From: Marsupella aquatica
Lineage: Eukaryota; Plantae; Marchantiophyta
Direction of reading: 5' to 3'
Assembly: GCA_973895155.1 (NCBI GenBank)
Contig: OZ316892.1
Coordinates: 7,361,251-7,425,250, forward strand
DNA length: 64,000 nucleotides
Shown here: positions 63,028 through 64,000 of the stretch, in pieces
Position numbering within the stretch: position 1 is the first letter of the stretch
How the letters are laid out: each line of letters begins with the position of its first letter
Position numbers and translations under genes: made by a program
The notes under the pieces: generated by a model
The model's database searches: none
What the model was told of the DNA's origin: nothing
What the model saw: the letters and a program-made list of their open reading frames with translations, nothing else

Positions 63028-63400
63028 CTTTTACTTTCTATACATTGACCTCTGCTTAAGTGTGCAGCTCCTTGGCATAAAGGCCCCATGGTGCACTTAC
63101 ATGGGTATTGCACTACGCTGTGTCACCATAAAGTGACCTTTTGCTTCAGTGCAAATCTTGGGATGACAGCCCCAAGGTGCACTTCCATGGGGATTGCACT
63201 TTTACTTTCTATACATTGACCTTTGCTTAAGTGCAGCTCCTTGGCACAACATGCACTTACATGGGGATTGCACTACGTTGTGTCACCATAAAGTGACCTT
63301 TGCTTAAGTCCAAGTCTTGGGATGACAGCCCCAAGGTGCACTTCCATGGGGATTGCACTATGTCATATTACCATAAAGTGACCTTTCCATAAGTGCAATT
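63028..63400. repeat. Tandem repeat, ~160-170-bp unit made of two related ~80-bp halves
   Basis: ttttactttctatacattgacct recurs at ~63029 and ~63200. tgcactt(a/c)catggg(t/g)attgcact occurs four times and ccataaagtgacctt three times. Confidence 0.9.
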
Positions 63401-63639
63401 GCTAGAGACAAAAGATATCTCACATCGGAGTGCCAAAGAATAAAATTAGTGTGAGAACCCTCAGTTATGTAAGCTTGATGTTATCCAACTAGTTTGAAGG
63501 TTGAAGAGTTACAGAGTGGAATAAGTTTGAATGTGGAAATGAGTGGACAAAGATTAAATAGAGTATTTTGAATGAAGTGGGTTTGAAAGTAGTTAGGACG
63601 TTCAATTTAATAAGACAAAGAGTAGATTATTCATGGTAA

Positions 63640-63900
63640 CAGTTCATGAAAAGGGGTTCATTTGGTATCTTTATGTCCAAGGAGTCTATGGAACATTCTT
63701 TTCAGCCCATGTGAAAGGTCCTCCTAGCTCTTGTAGCTCAAGGGGTTTTAACATTTCCTTGGTATTTTTCTATCCACAGTAGTTGAATGATTTCTTTTGA
63801 TCCCTTGTTATTCCTCTGTTTATGGTAGTTGAAGGATTTCTTATATTCCCTTGTTACTCCCTTGTCCATAGTAGTTAAAGGGTTTCATAGGTTCTCTTGT
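63640..63900. repeat. Degenerate ~47-bp tandem repeat, inverted relative to 53050-53345
   Basis: Units such as gtagttgaaggatttcttatattcccttg are the reverse complement of caagggaa(c/t)ataag(a/t)aatccttcaactac. Confidence 0.75.
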
Positions 63901-64000
63901 TACGGACCCCACTAGAGGTCCCTTCCAAAATTCGAGACTCCACAACGCGCCACATCATTGAGATGCACTGCAAACATGTACGGATTGGTTTACAAAATAA

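Noticed and set aside
63899-64000. Start of another LTR (TGTTAC...)
   Set aside because: It is truncated by the window edge, so no partner LTR or PBS can be checked.

Overview
This is eukaryotic nuclear DNA from a land plant. Gene content and intron style suggest a bryophyte (moss or liverwort), but that is an inference. Four spliced conserved genes are present: a FRIGIDA-like gene (+), an At5g67140-type F-box/LRR gene (-), WASH complex subunit 4/SWIP (-) and TFIIA large subunit (-). There is also an intronless atypical SDR (+). Between WASHC4 and the SDR lies an accessory, TE-rich block of about 26 kb. It holds a complete but decayed Bianca-type Ty1/copia element (109-bp LTRs, CATGA target-site duplication, half-tRNA-Ile PBS, 1.65-kb leader), a degenerate CACTA-like transposase and probable L1 remnants. 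It also holds two intact, intronless, fungal-looking AsaB/CmcJ-family Fe(II)/2-oxoglutarate oxygenase genes that arose by local duplication. These two genes are the best candidate for novel biology: a probable fungus-to-plant gene transfer followed by divergence. The second candidate is a six-unit structured tandem repeat upstream of the FRIGIDA-like gene. No rRNA, tRNA or CRISPR array was seen. Family assignments come from remembered motifs, not database searches, and exon coordinates were read by eye.
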